A stretch of 64,000 nucleotides of DNA. It comes from Hydrolagus colliei. Its lineage: Eukaryota. The translations under genes were made by a program, and so were the position numbers. Positions 11,385 to 24,592 of the stretch are shown in pieces; the stretch's first letter is position 1; every line of letters starts with the position of its first letter. Where the stretch lies: NCBI GenBank assembly GCA_035084275.1, contig CM068748.1, positions 11,284,001 to 11,348,000 on the forward strand. The letters are read 5' to 3'. The notes beneath the pieces are model-generated. The model saw only the letters and a program-made list of their open reading frames with translations, was not told the DNA's origin and did not search any database.

Positions 11385-13929
11385 GTAGGTCATATCATTC
11401 TGAATCCGGCATCAATGTGGGTTATTAGGTGATGATGCTTACAGAAGTAGGTTCATCTTACCGTTTCCTTTTTACAATAGCATTTTAGTTGCCGTCCTAG
11501 ACATAACATTTATTCCCAAACTGCCTCCCTCATAAAATATGGTCTTGCAGGATACTGACAAGAGAAGTAATAATGCTCCTTTTTCTCATTTTAATTTGCA
11601 CAGTAATTCAAAAGTCAAGATTGCAGTATTCCTGAATATTGTTCCTCTAGTAAGGAACAGAGATAGAAATCGGTTTTGAAATCTCCTAAATGATAGGCCT
11701 CAGATCTTGGGTTTAAAATATTTTCCATGCCATGTTCTCTGGTGTAAATAGGACTGAGAACAACACATATGGTCAGAGAGGAAAAAACATGTTTATTTTT
11801 AAATTTCCTATATCAATAAATGTAATTTAATGCCATATTATTACAATATCTTCTGATGAGTTTTGCCAATAACTATGATGTAAGGTACATACACATTTCT
11901 CCATACTTTATGGGTTAATGGATTAGATTGAGAGTGTTCGTCATGACTTCAGTAATTAAGTGAGTGCTTAGCTTTCTTGCAAATATTTGGTTCAAGGCAA
12001 GTCTTCTGCCTATTAAACATCTTGCTATAGATATTTCGAGCTATGGGCATTGATTTGCTTTGGTGTGCTTCTTGAACACCCCAGTTTAAATAAAAATGTA
12101 CAGATATCTGCAATCAGTACATTTTTTTTATTTAATGCGAATTCGATTTTAAATTGTAGGCTACTTCACTGTACAAAAAAATAGAAGAATGTTTTTGTGC
12201 ACCTATATTGGATGTGTGCCTTACCCTGGTCTGTTTGACGTGCTTTTCTGCTCCCCAAAGAAAAGCATTGTCTTTATAAACACCGTTGGTTCGCAGAAGA
12301 ACCAGGTGTGCCTGACTGCACCTTACCCACAAGTGCTCTCATTGATGCTTAGACATGATTTACATCAATATACTATTGCGTGTTCTTACCAACAAAGTAC
12401 TGTATGCAAAAATACTGTGTAAAAAAGGTGGTTCCCTGTCAAACTTCCATACCAGTTGCTTGACATTTCTGATCAGTCCATCTGTAGAAATAGTTTTACG
12501 TTTTATCTGAAGCTTTTTCTGAATTTCTTATGAATATAAGAATGAATATTTCCCAGCGTGCCTTTCAAACACTCCAGAAAATTTGCCCCTGTGAGAAAAA
12601 AACCTTGATGTCTCCCCCCTAAATTTCTCTTCAGACCCCTTTGCCTTTTTGGCCACCTGCTGTCTTAGCAAATCTTCTGGAATGTTGGAGAGGGATGCTG
12701 GCAATATTCATTCTTTGTTTTAAAAATTTCTTCCTGCAAAATTTCTGCAACACAGAGAGATTTGAATCTTTTACTTTACAATGAGTGCTCCCTTCTATCC
12801 CTTAATTGGATTCTTGCCACAGCTATGCCATTATCTGGTATTGGATATCGATCACTTCTGAGTGCCGTGCAGCCTGCAATCTTCAACCTATCTTCTTTAT
12901 TATTATTATTCTAATCATTAATTAAGTCTGAAGTTGCAGGCATTGTTTAGGCCACTGAGGAAAGTGATGGCAAACTGACTGCCACAAAATAACTAAATGC
13001 AGTAAGAAATCTGAGGAGTGTGTGGTGTGGATAGGGTTGCTGAAAAAGACACAAAAGGGGAAGGATTGTCACAGTGGAATGAAGGACCAAGTAGCAGAGC
13101 CTGGAAATGATGGAAATTAATTATTGAAGAAGTGAATTATTGAACTAGTGTACATTTGCATATCAGCTATTCATAGCATCTACCACAAAATAAAATGGCA
13201 TTAGAGTGATCAGCTCCGATTCAATTCACTGTACTGATCAGGGATAAGATTTTGACTCATATCTTCATAATTCTTAAGACTGATTATCATGCTATTAATC
13301 ACATTGCTCACATCAGCAATTGGTTAATTTGCCAGCAGGAGTGAAATGTCTCTGGAATTCCTAGTTGCCTGTTCAAGCAACAAAATCTGACAGTTAGCAC
13401 TGCTGTTCACAGCTTCTGGCACCTGAGATGAAAGCATTTAGGCTGGAATGTAGTAAGAAGCACAGCAGGTACAGCCATATTAAGCCAAGAGACATTTCAT
13501 TTCAGTTCATAAAAGCCCTTGCCAATCTGTGAAATCAGAGTCAGTGAGTCCCTCAATCACCTGCTGTCTCAGACAGATACGGTGACATCTCCATTTCCTA
13601 TTCCTCTACATCCACAGTGCAGGTGTCCTAGAAAACTTTCTGTCTGAAAGGCTCATTTTGAGTTTTATAGGGCTGCATTGTGCTGGTGGGATTACGTTTT
13701 CACTTTCAACAAGAAGAACTTGCATTTATATTATGTCCCTCAGACACGGGAGAGTCACAGAGCACTTACTTTCAGTATGATGGTAGCAGCATTGATTGTG
13801 TTTCTGACAAACTAGAATGTGGCAAATTGCTGACATTTTTGTGTTTGGAAATGGCAGGCAACGCCCATTTGTACAGTGCAGATTTATACTGTCAACAGAG
13901 GACATTATATATGCTGACAGAAAAGTAGG

Positions 13930-13965
13930 TGAGAGAGAGAGTGTGTGCGCGAGAGAGAGAGTGCG
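13930..13965. repeat. Compound (GA)n/(GT)n/(GC)n microsatellite
   Basis: gagagagagagtgtgtgcgcgagagagagagtgcg, just upstream of the candidate internal first exon. Confidence 0.8.
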
Positions 13966-14097
13966 TTAGAGACTGAAAAAGTGGCTACACAGAAACTGGA
14001 AGATATTGCCCAAATGTATCCATCTGGGCATGTGTAACAAACGAGTGAAGGAAGACTATAGAAATATATTTTTGTCAATGTCGAGAGCTTTTTCAAA

Positions 14098-14240
14098 ATG
14101 ATCTTAACAAACAAGAGGAAGGTTCAGAATGGAACAGAAAGAAGACTGTGGAGCCTTTCAGCCTGGAAGCCGCAGAAAGCCAGGACTCAGGTGGAGCACG
14201 GCAGTACATCAGGCTCAGAGGAGGAGGCACTTGGGTTTGG
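14098..14240 (+). CDS. PSD: Candidate alternative first coding exon of PSD (MILTNKRK...EEEALGFG), ends phase 2
   Basis: caaaATG with an in-frame TAG upstream at 14059, 47 open codons, and a strong donor TGG|gtaagg whose phase fits exons 14515 and 28004. Confidence 0.55.
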
Positions 14241-14514
14241 GTAAGGGACCGACTGATTCAATTTGCCTTATGGCTTATGCATGCCACGTTGTTTCAAAGC
14301 TGATCATAAATTTATGCATGCCATTATAACATGCTAATAAATGGTGACTCCAGGTTGGTTTTGTGGAATGTGTTCCTCTGCGCTTTCTTCCTTGGAAACA
14401 GATGATTGTTGAAATAGTTGCAATTACAAACTCTGGTTGTATGTTGCGTAGTCTATGAATTGGATGGAAATAGCCTGTTGCACACACTTACGTGGCCCTT
14501 TCTCTAACTTTCAG

Positions 14515-14568
14515 CTGCTGCTGGGCCATCACCAGAGAGGGACGGGGAAGTGACAATGGTGATTCCAG
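14515..14568 (+). CDS. PSD: 54-nt symmetric exon (CCWAITREGRGSDNGDS), phase 2 to 2
   Basis: ccctttctctaactttcag| and CAG|gtgaga; open in the required frame. Confidence 0.7.
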
Positions 14569-15003
14569 GTGAGAAATGATCTTCAGCTCACTGACCTGGT
14601 TGTTGATCAGCGAGGTCAGGACATCTAACAAGAGCAACAGAAATAGGAGGAGCTAAGTGTTGGTGTGAAGAGTGGAACTGCAGACAACCATTCAAACTGC
14701 AGTGATGTTGGCACTTTTTCTCCACAGTGACATACAAACTGATCTGTAAACTGATCCATGATAAGTGTTTACCAAGGATTTCTTTCATGTCAAAAAGAAT
14801 GCACAGTTCAGCTTGTGTGACCTCCCCAGAATGTTGATTCCCCAGTCAACTGGCTAAACCAGTCTTCATTACCCTTCCCAGTCCCTTCTGAATGGAAATG
14901 GCATGTCGGTCAATGAGGACTACAATCAGCCAAATCACTCTAGCTACTGTGTAAGCGTACACCAATAAGAGTAAAGCCAGTAGTAGAAGTACACATGTAT
15001 TGT

Positions 15004-15320
15004 GGAGTCCTGTAGCTCAGCGATTAGAGGACTTGCCTTACAAGCGGCGACCTGTGTTTCGAATCCAGGCAGGGCGAAACCTTGGGCAAATCTCCTTACT
15101 CCACATGCCTAATAATAATCCGTCCCCAAACACCTATAATAAATTGGTCATTTCAATCCATGACTGTTTGTGGGACACTGCTGTGTGCAAGTGGCTGCCA
15201 TGTTTCTCCCGCAAATACACAGTCAATTCACTTTACAGTACATTCTGTGAAGTGCTTTGAGATGTCTAGAAGACTTGAAAAAAGCTATGTCAAATGCAAG
15301 GATTATTATTATTTATTATT
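15004..15320 (+). mobile_element. Near full-length tRNA-derived SINE with (TTA)n tail
   Basis: A-box-like tagctcagcgattag, B-box-like gtttcgaatcc, body ...gactgtttgtgggacactgctgtg..., tail caaatgcaaggattattatt; many copies in the window. Confidence 0.88.
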
Positions 15321-15400
15321 ATCAGAGAATTGGAGCTTTTCCACACCAACATGCTGTACTTATTTATTCACACACCCTGAATCAAAACGGTTTTAAATGT

Positions 15401-15736
15401 GGAGCTCCTGTGGCTTAGTGGTTAGAGCACTCGTCTTGCAAGCTAGGGAGACCAAGCTAGAGAGACCTGTGTTTGAATCCAGGAAGGTCAGGGTGAAACC
15501 TTGGCCACGTTTCCTTACTCCACATGCCTAATAATCCGTCCAAAAAAACCACAACAATACAATTGGCCATTTCAATCCACGACTGTTTGTGGGACACTGC
15601 TGTGCGCAATTGGCTGCTGCAATTCACCCATAAATATACAATCAATTCACTTTACAGTATATTCTGTGAAGCGCTTTGGGACGATAAGATGTGAAAAGTG
15701 TTATATCAAATGCAAGGATTGTTATTATTATATTAT
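15401..15736 (+). mobile_element. Second tandem copy of the same SINE
   Basis: Same head, body and tail 80 bp downstream of the first copy. Confidence 0.88.
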
Positions 15737-16069
15737 GAGATGAGAGTGAGTATAATGATGCACGACTGCGACTACAAATCTGACCAGGGGATAACACATA
15801 CACCACAGTTAATCAAAGAATGAGATGTAGCTGGAGAGAGAAGGTAAATTGAGTCTGAGGTTGGCTAAATAGGGAATAAATGAAATTAATTATGTATATT
15901 TGTAAAATTAATTAGATAGAGCCTTAAATCAAAATTCATCAGATCTGCCCTCAGATAATGAATTGGACCAGAGCTTTTGACCCATTGTTCTATGAATATT
16001 GTTCTGTTTCCATGGAGCTTTGCTTGGTGGTAATATCTTGTTTCTAAATCTGGTGACCCTTTTTCTTAA

Positions 16070-16460
16070 TAAAAAGAGAGGCTGTTATACAAAGAGAGTT
16101 CGGAGAAGTGTTACCTGAATAATTGCAGTATTTAAAACTCTGAGGACACACTAATAGAACTGGACTTATTTTTGCTGGAGATGAGAATACTGTAGTGACA
16201 AACCAGGCGAACAAGGAGGTTTATCAATATATTAGATGCTATAGATTAATTGGGCAAAACCCAGTCATTTCACTGAGATCATTTGAGGTCAAGAGGATAT
16301 TTAAGGCCATCTTGAGAAATAAGCCGCCATCAGGATGTTTTGTTTCGATATGCTGTTAGATGATCTCATCAATAGCAATAATGCAATGGTAACTCTAATA
16401 AAAAGGAATAAGACAAATAACTGGTGAAGAACAAATTTGGAAGTTCTAGAGGGTAAGTAT
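16070..16460 (+). mobile_element. Highly decayed CR1-like LINE 3' fragment
   Basis: agagagttcggagaagtgttacc...ctggacttatttttgctggagatgagaa resembles the CR1 ERVQRR/LGLFSLEKRR region. Confidence 0.4.
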
Positions 16461-16464
16461 ATTT

Positions 16465-17030
16465 GTCACTATCACCTCTCGGCTCAACTATGGTAACTCC
16501 TCCTTGTCAGATTCCCATCTCCACAAGCTGCAGATCATCCAAAATTCTGTTCTCTCCCGCACCAGGCTCCGCGAACCCATCACCCTCACCTTGCCCAGCT
16601 CCACGGGATCCCCATTCCTCAGAGGGTCAAATTCAATTGTGCTCAATTTTAAAGTCCTCCACAGCTTTGCTCCCTCCTACCTCTCTGACCTGCTGACACC
16701 CTATCAACCTGTCCACTCCCTCCGTTCGGTAGACACTGGCCTGCACCATGTCTCGTGCCCGATGCTGCCCGATCATTGGTAGCCAGGCTTTCAATCTCTG
16801 TGTCCCTGTGCTTTGGAACTCCATCCCACAATCCCATCACCTTTCTCCCTCCCCTGCCTCCTTTAAGACTAGTCTCAAGAGCCTCCTTTTGACCGGGCCT
16901 TCAGTCGTTCTCCTACCTCTTTGGCCCCACCCCCGCCCCATACCCCAGGCTCGGGTCCTGACCCTCGACTGCTCAGCACCTTGGGACATCCTCCTGATGT
17001 GGAAGGTGCTCTACAAATGGAATTTGTAGA
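16465..17030 (+). mobile_element. L2 LINE 3' fragment with tail
   Basis: Peptides LHKLQIIQNS, APSYLSDLLTPYQP, IGSQAF...LWNSIP; tail ccttgggacatcctcc...ggaaggtgctctacaaatg. Confidence 0.85.
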
Positions 17031-20000
17031 CAGGAAGCACCTGTTATCGTTGTACATTGCCACCTACCTTTACTAGAATTAAATTACAAAGTGTAAACCC
17101 CAGATTTCAGGTCCACAACACTCTGTTCTATAGAAGAAGATAAAACAGGATGATGCAAAGTTCTGTGTTTTAGTCTGCAGGAATCCTGGCTCCTTAACAG
17201 CATCAAATATTTCACCAGTCTTTATGTGTAAAATACAGATTTGGAAATTCTTGTTGATATTCTGCTACGTGGAAGGCTTATTTGCTTTTAGAAGCTGATA
17301 TAAATGGCAGCTGGGTGTGAGTTTGATGTGTTCGGAAATTTATAAACACCCTGCATTAGAAGGAAGGGAAAAACCTACGACTTCAATTTCTGGCATTCAA
17401 TACAAATCTCCTTAGAAACTAACAACTCTGACCTTGGAAGATGGGTACTGGAACACTGTGGCAGACTGGATGAAAGCAACAGTGGTGAGTTTGAAGCAGA
17501 TTCAAATGAGTTTTTTAAATTATTCAATTAGAAGCAATTTTCATGGAAACTGCGGGATTGGTATAAATGAAAACTGTATCCTTCTGTGGATTTTGTGAGG
17601 AAAATATATTTAATCAAAGATACATTTACAATTAAATGTTGGTTCTGATTGGGATCGTAATCTTTCGAATGAGAAACCTCAAACATTGAGAATGGGAGGA
17701 ACAATTTGGGGAAGGTAATGGTGTTTGATGGGATGATGATCAATTTGCCTTTTGATCATATCGCATTTACCATGGACACAATTTGATGTTTGATGTTGTG
17801 TAGTTTGAATTCTGGCTGAGGCTTAGGCTAGTGATGGAGGTGAAGTCCACAGAATTTCTGGTCTGCTGAGTTCTGTTGTGATAATCTGATGAAATTGGAA
17901 TAAGTACTGGCTGGACAAAGTTTTGCTAAACTTATCCGAGTCTGATTGAGTTCTGTTCGGATGAATTAATCAATGCAGGTTCTGAACTCATTACTTGCCA
18001 AACTTCAGGCGTCAAGGCATAAACTGAGATTGTTATCAAGGAAAAAATATCAAAAGTATTGAAAATCCAGTCGATCAGATTAAATGAGTCAAAGGGCTTT
18101 GTTGAACCAAATCGATTTTGTGATTACACAAAGAGATTAAAAACCTATTTTTATAGTTTGTAATGTATCCATTGATTTGTTTGCATATATAGTTTACAGA
18201 GCTGAAGTATCAGGCCATGCCACCACCTTTTCCTTTGTTCTCCTCTATGTACTTGGGTGTGGTTCACACTGCTATAGAAAACCACCTCCAGTCACATTTG
18301 CATTGAATGATTCATTGTCATGGGATGGTTGAAGAAACTGTATCCCAGTTGTGGTTAAAACACTTAATATTATTGTCAAGACAGTTTTATATACAAGATT
18401 TTTTTTCCAATCTTCAAGGTATTTTGTTTTTAATTCTTACTGACCTTCCTCTGCATAAATCTGTGGGGCGGGGGGGAGGGGGCGAAGGGGTTTCAAATTA
18501 TTCGTAATCTATTTTTAAGTATCCTAACTCCCTACTATTCACAGATAATTGAGGGGGTTAAGAAAAGAGGGAGCCGCAAGTAAGTCTTTCCTGTTGCTTG
18601 TCAGTTTAGATATCTTCATACTGTAATTACATGCTTCACCATCTGTGCTAAAGTTTATTTCACAGGCCTATCACCCTGTTACTAAAACAAATCTGCCGAT
18701 TCACTTTCGTTGCCCTTATTTTGAAACTGTGATGTTTCGTGAAGTGGGAATGAAAGATATATAGGGCACAATGTTGCATTAGAAATGTTTATCATAAACA
18801 GTGGGATAATTGACTGCCAGATTTTGCCCACACAAATATACAGTCAATCTACTTTACAGTATATCCTGCGAAGCGCTTTAAGACATCTCAATGACATGAT
18901 TAAGCACTATCTCAAATGCAAGGATTATTTATTGTAGCTATTGTTAAAGGAGCCCACGTAACATCAAAGTCAAATGTTTACTGCAAGTTTCTGAATTCAA
19001 ATAAGTAGCTGGGCCTTCAGGACAGCTTTGAAAGATGATGGATGTCTATAGGACTTATTTTAAACAGAAAAGTTATATTATTAGCATCCTATACAGTGTA
19101 AATGAGAATTATTTTCCTGTCAGTCAGTGCCTATCTTTAGGGAATCTCAGTTTGAACTCGTGTGAAAGAGGGAATTTTGCAGCTGGGACCCTTTATAAAA
19201 TAGTCACAAAAGAACTATCTGTCATTAACTTTGACATATTTTACCCAAGGTGAGGATTTTACCCATATCTTGGGTTTTAAATGTAAATTGAATTGTTTAA
19301 CACCACTGTAAGTTATTTTGGCTTATTTAGCCTTGATTTCAGCTTGTTTAGGCCTCAAGAACCTCCTCTTCGATGGCCCCATTGGCCATCCAATTCCTCC
19401 CTTTTCCCTCCACCCTCCCTGACTGAAGCAGTGACTGTCCAGCGCCTTGTGACGTCCTCCTGACACCATTGCAAGTGTAATTTTGTTGTTGTTGTTGAGA
19501 AGTAGGAGTATATACAGGAGTCTTGTGTTACACAAATCACTGTGCCCCTGTAATTCAATAGGCTGACACTGATAAGCTTCGGGCATATAAATCTGTTCTG
19601 ATCAACTTAACTTTCAAACCAAATTATTTTCGAAAATATCACATCAATGTTTAGGATAACACGGGAACAATTTTGTTTTGGAAGGAGTCCTGATGGTTGA
19701 ACTTTTTCAAATATGTGACAATGCGTCTTTGATCTGTGTGTTTTAAGTGTTCTAGCCATTTGTTTAGGGACAGTCTTTGAAACCAAGAAACCCTCTAATG
19801 AACTGAAAAGTGTCAGCGCCATCATTGAAGTCACTTGAATGGAATGTTGAGTGCACTTCACACAGTTGATATGGATAACATCACTATAATGCTTCACATT
19901 AAGAGAAAATTATACGTAGTAATATAGTGACGTCTAGTGGTAGAAAAAGGTAAACAAGTCATTCAAGCGTATTTTCCTTTTCACTTCACAACATCGCACA

Positions 20001-22137
20001 TCGAGAGATTTAAATGATGAAGACCTTTCGGCCCACTTACGCTTGTCCTTCCAGAGTTCCTGCTCTATCATCGAATTAAGGTGATGGTTCACATTGTTGT
20101 CTTTGTGAAATGCTTTTACATTCATGAGTGTTAAATGATGGACATACAATATGATTTGTGATTCTTGTGTTGGGCCTGATGCATTGGTGTGTATGTGCGT
20201 GGGTTGGGGGGGGGAGGGAGGGGGATAGAATATCTATTTAGGAATATATTATAACCACTGAAATGTATTACAGGGCATATGGAGCTGATCATGTGATATT
20301 TGATTGATGTCAGACATTAACATAATAATTTGGAAGCTTGTCTCTATCTATTCCTGCTTCTCACATAGTCCAGCTAAGATGATGGATAATTAACTGATCC
20401 CAGGCTCTGCCACACTGCTGTTTAGCTAGTGGCTTGTGAGAGTTATTGGAGTGATTTTCACTTTGTACTCCCAACCTATGGGTGGACGATAAAACGGAAC
20501 TATACTATACATCCAGCCATGGGTGAAGACCTTTACGGTAAAGTGTGTATCTTTGATAAATAATAAGAATAATCCTTGTATATGATGTAGCACCTTTCAC
20601 CTCAGGAGGACCTATCAAAGGATTTTACAGGATAAAGTATAATGTGTAGTGACTGTGGAACTGTGCATTTCGCAAACGGAGCCAACAGGGGAGTCCTGCT
20701 CCATTGGTTAAAAAAAATTATTTAGGGTATGCATACAGAGGTAAAATGTATCTACAGGCCTATTAGGTTTATGGGATTGCTTACGAATTGTAGCAGCTTG
20801 TCAACTTGAAATTAGGGAATATCTGATGTATGCATTACTATTTTTGTGTGATCCAGCTTAGTTATGCCTGTGAGAAACAGGCCAGGCAGCAGGCACATGG
20901 GGACCCGGTGAAGGTCACGTAATGCAACGCAAGTTTTCTTCGATATTATCCTCATTTTTTATTACTCTTTCATCTTGTCACACATTTGCTCCAGTACAGG
21001 ATGCAGAAGGTGGAAAATGTGTGTTGCAAAACCTTCTGGTTAATCTATTAGGAATATTAACACGTCTAGCAGTGAATTTCAGACAGAAACGTAACCTTTG
21101 ACTTCTGGTGTTCACAAACTGTCAAAAATTTCACAAACCTGTTGTCAGAGGTTGTTGTTACCGATGTATTACCTTGCAGTACATATTGCCTTGGCAGTCA
21201 ATCTTTATCATTTCTGTGACAACAATATGGATCCAATTACAGGAAGCTGAAATGCAAACGGGTCATTTTAGTTTCCTCTACTGAACCTATCAATCAGTTC
21301 AGAATAAAGGTCTTCACGCAGTAATGGATCAATCCTGACAGTTTGTCCCCATCTTATTTGTCCTTAAACACCATATTAAATGCAAGGATTATTATTATTA
21401 TTAGTTGAAGACTTAGCTCTTTAATCGCACCTATAGTCATCTTTCTCTCCTTCCTTGCTCAGCATCTAACCCTGCTGGTGTGCAGCTCTCAGAGATGCTG
21501 TCGTTGATGAAGGGCACAGTATAAAGGCAAGCTGTTGTTGTTTTAGTTACTGTATATATTTCTCAATCAGAACTATATGAGAAGACAATGCATGTACTAT
21601 GATAAGCAATGGTGGCCAGAAATATAATCATAGAAATAACAAAATGGTATAGATTTATGCCATAAGTCAACAAATATTCAATCAACAAACATTTAATTTG
21701 TTGAACACATACATTAGAGTAGCTGCACACCATTTGTATAGAGATCTTCCTCAGAGGTGCAAACCTACCTGCTGCAGGATATCCACCTAAGATCCTAAAG
21801 AAATCTCAGATCAGCAGTATTCACAAACACTAACACTGATGACATAAAAGGCACGATACAAATGTCATTTTGTTGTTCTTGTTGCTGTTGACAGATAGTC
21901 TCACCCACTTTGTAGCTTTACAGGTACAGCAGTTGGTGTTGAAATACACAGATAAGAATAATGACAAAGCATATTTCACAGTGTATATACAGGTTGGAAT
22001 TAACGTTACTTTTCACCCAGTGTGCGGCAGCTGGTGCTAATACATCAGTCAAAATGCACAAAGAGGAGTGAATGCTACTGTTATTATAATTATTCTTATG
22101 ATAGCTAGCTTCTCTTTTTGAATGGCGGAAAAGATCT

Positions 22138-22305
22138 TGGTTTAATATCTCACCCAAACGATAGCATCTCCCATAATGTAGTGCTCAACCAGCTCTGTGT
22201 GAGAGTGTCAGCCTAGACTGTGAGTTCAAAGTTCCAAGATGGGGTTTGAACCGAAAGTCTTCTAACTCAGAGGCAAGAACATTATCAGCTGGGCCAGGCT
22301 GGCAC
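22138..22305 (-). mobile_element. DeuSINE-like 5' part
   Basis: Reverse-complement similarity to 7955-8040 (gagagtgtcagcctaga) plus a tRNA-like head (gggtttgaacc...ctcagaggcaag). Confidence 0.6.
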
Positions 22306-24592
22306 CTCTTTTGTTTGGTGTGTGTATACTATTCCTGTCAGTTCCAAGAACTGAATTTGTTCAAAAGTATGATTTTGCTCACTATGTTAAATGGCTGGAA
22401 AAGGATAGACAGTATTCGATAACACTAACCATTAGACCAGTACTTCACACGGTTGCCAAATATTCAAATTTTACTGTGAAAGAGTCATTTGGACTCATTT
22501 CCAATAGTGTATGCCTCAAATAAAAACAGCAACCTGCATTTATATAGTGTGCCTCTCGCAGGGTAGAGTTCCAGAGCACTTGGCAGGGGCAAAACCTGAT
22601 GCCAAAGATGACTGTTGGCATGATTGAAGCAGAAAGTCTTCTGGCATGACTTGAAGATGGGTAGAGAAGGGACATGACAGAGGAATAGAGGAACAGCATT
22701 CCAAAGTTTTGTGGTGTAACATCATTCCTCTTTCCTCTGGGACTCTCAACATGCTCTAAAACATTGAAGAATAGCTGTGATGAGCAGTAAATGCCTTGTA
22801 CTATCAGTCTTGCGCTAACCTGCAACATTCTCCACATTATTGTAATACATTATTATTTTTGCATTGTACCTTATTATCCCAATCCTCCCAATTGATGACA
22901 GTACTGCTGATGGCTGCTTTGTTAAAGCTGTTCCATCAAAGAGTGCCAAAACTATTGAATACTAATTTCTTCATCCCAGTTATAGGCCTGGCTTCCTAAC
23001 CATTCTTATAAAATCTGTGGCTTTTTATCACGTCAAGCCTCTGATTATAGTCCCTCAACCCCAACCATATTATATCATTGGCTGTCATCTTACTGGAGAA
23101 AGTTTTCCATAGGTGATGTGATTGGCATGCTAATTAATTTTTGAATGTAATTGAATCTATGAACAAGACCATGGGTAGAATTAGCTGCCAAGAAATGATT
23201 CTGTTGGCTTGACCATGACAGGTGTGTGAACTGTCCTTCCTGACAGAGATGTTTCAGAATCTTGAGACTAAATACAATGAGAAGATGTTTCTTCATCTTA
23301 TCCAAATCCCTTCCATAATCCCTTCCGGAGGCAAACACAACTTTAATTGCTTTATGATCAGAACATCTGGAAATACGTTTTCTTTCATATATTGTTATTT
23401 CTCTGTATTTTGCTTTTCATTCCTGTGGCACATTTCACTAGGAACATACTCGTGCAGTGCTGGTTGCCATCTACCATTTTAGTGCAGCCTAGCAAGAAGG
23501 GAGTGACTGGAAATGATTCATTAAATCTTAAACCAGCGTCTGTGTGGACCAGAAGTTGGAGTGCTTGAAATTAGAGAGGCACACTATATAAATTATGAAT
23601 ATCAAAAACTAAACCTAAGCTAAAGAGGAAGCAAACTGCTCCACAGTTATATAGACGTGTAATTTGAAGGAATAGATTATTTCCCAGTACAGTGTATGTA
23701 GATTTCGTTGAAATGTACATAATACAGTACTGAGATTCCCGATTCACCAGATGATATAGACTGAGTATCAAGGCAAGTGGGGCACAGACATTTTTGAATC
23801 ACAATGTGACATGGTTTCTAAAGCATCTTGTAATTTTGTCCAAAACTGATGTTTGACCGTGTGTTTCCTAGATTTACAGATAATTTTGTTCAATTGACTT
23901 CAGTGAGGTGCATTTGTGCTGGTAAGTTTGTTAAGTCTGTTTAATGAGAAGCATTCTTTATGTTCAGAAATTACATTTCTGATGTGCAGTGATGCATTCT
24001 GACCTGATTGTATTGTTACTTCAACACAGAAAGGTCAGCTGAACACACACCAGCAATATAACTTGAAAATCAAAGTACTGAAACTACTAGTCTTCATTGT
24101 GGTTAATATTAACAAAATAAATCCTAGTGAAGGACCTTGGTTTAACTAGATATGACAACGGCCAGACCAGACAGGCAGCAGCCCTTCAACCCTCTAACGT
24201 TATGGCTTTAGGATCAAATCCTTTTGGCTGAATCCATTCTTTTGGTTTGTATGCGCTTAATTCCAGGCGTCATACAATAGTTAATTATTTCCTAATTTAT
24301 TTGAAATAGTTTGAGGTTTTCCAGGTATTAACTCCAACTCCAGCATGCTTGTCTTTAGGCTACCAGTGATCTGCGTGAACATCATATTATTTTCATTATT
24401 ATCACGGATGCAGTGGGAGTTGCTTCAATGGAAATACTGTGTTGCTTACTTTGGAAATGTAGGAAAGTAATAATATTGAATACTGAAGTTTCGGTGTTAG
24501 GGTAGGTTTTCATTAATGTTCTGTTAAGGTAACGCATGCTAATTTATTCGCAATAACCTAATTTGTCACCCCAGCAGTGTTAAAAATATGTT

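Noticed and set aside
14129-14329. ORF-track peptide MEQKEDCG... as the alternative N-terminus
   Set aside because: It reaches the 14240 donor in phase 1, which does not fit the downstream phase-2 exons; the frame from ATG 14098 fits
15004-15075. tRNA gene-like sequences (also 15401, 63375 and 4547)
   Set aside because: A/B boxes continue directly into the SINE body and no complete cloverleaf is evident; these are SINE heads
18464-20224. G-run clusters at 18464-18490 and 20200-20224 (and poly-G near 25029) as G-quadruplexes
   Set aside because: Simple G runs deep in an intron or inside a LINE, with no contextual evidence of function
20995-21009. Possible 15-nt neural microexon (good pyrimidine tract with UGC before AG, frame-preserving)
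   Set aside because: The donor AAG|gtggaa is weak and I have no homology support; it would need junction reads
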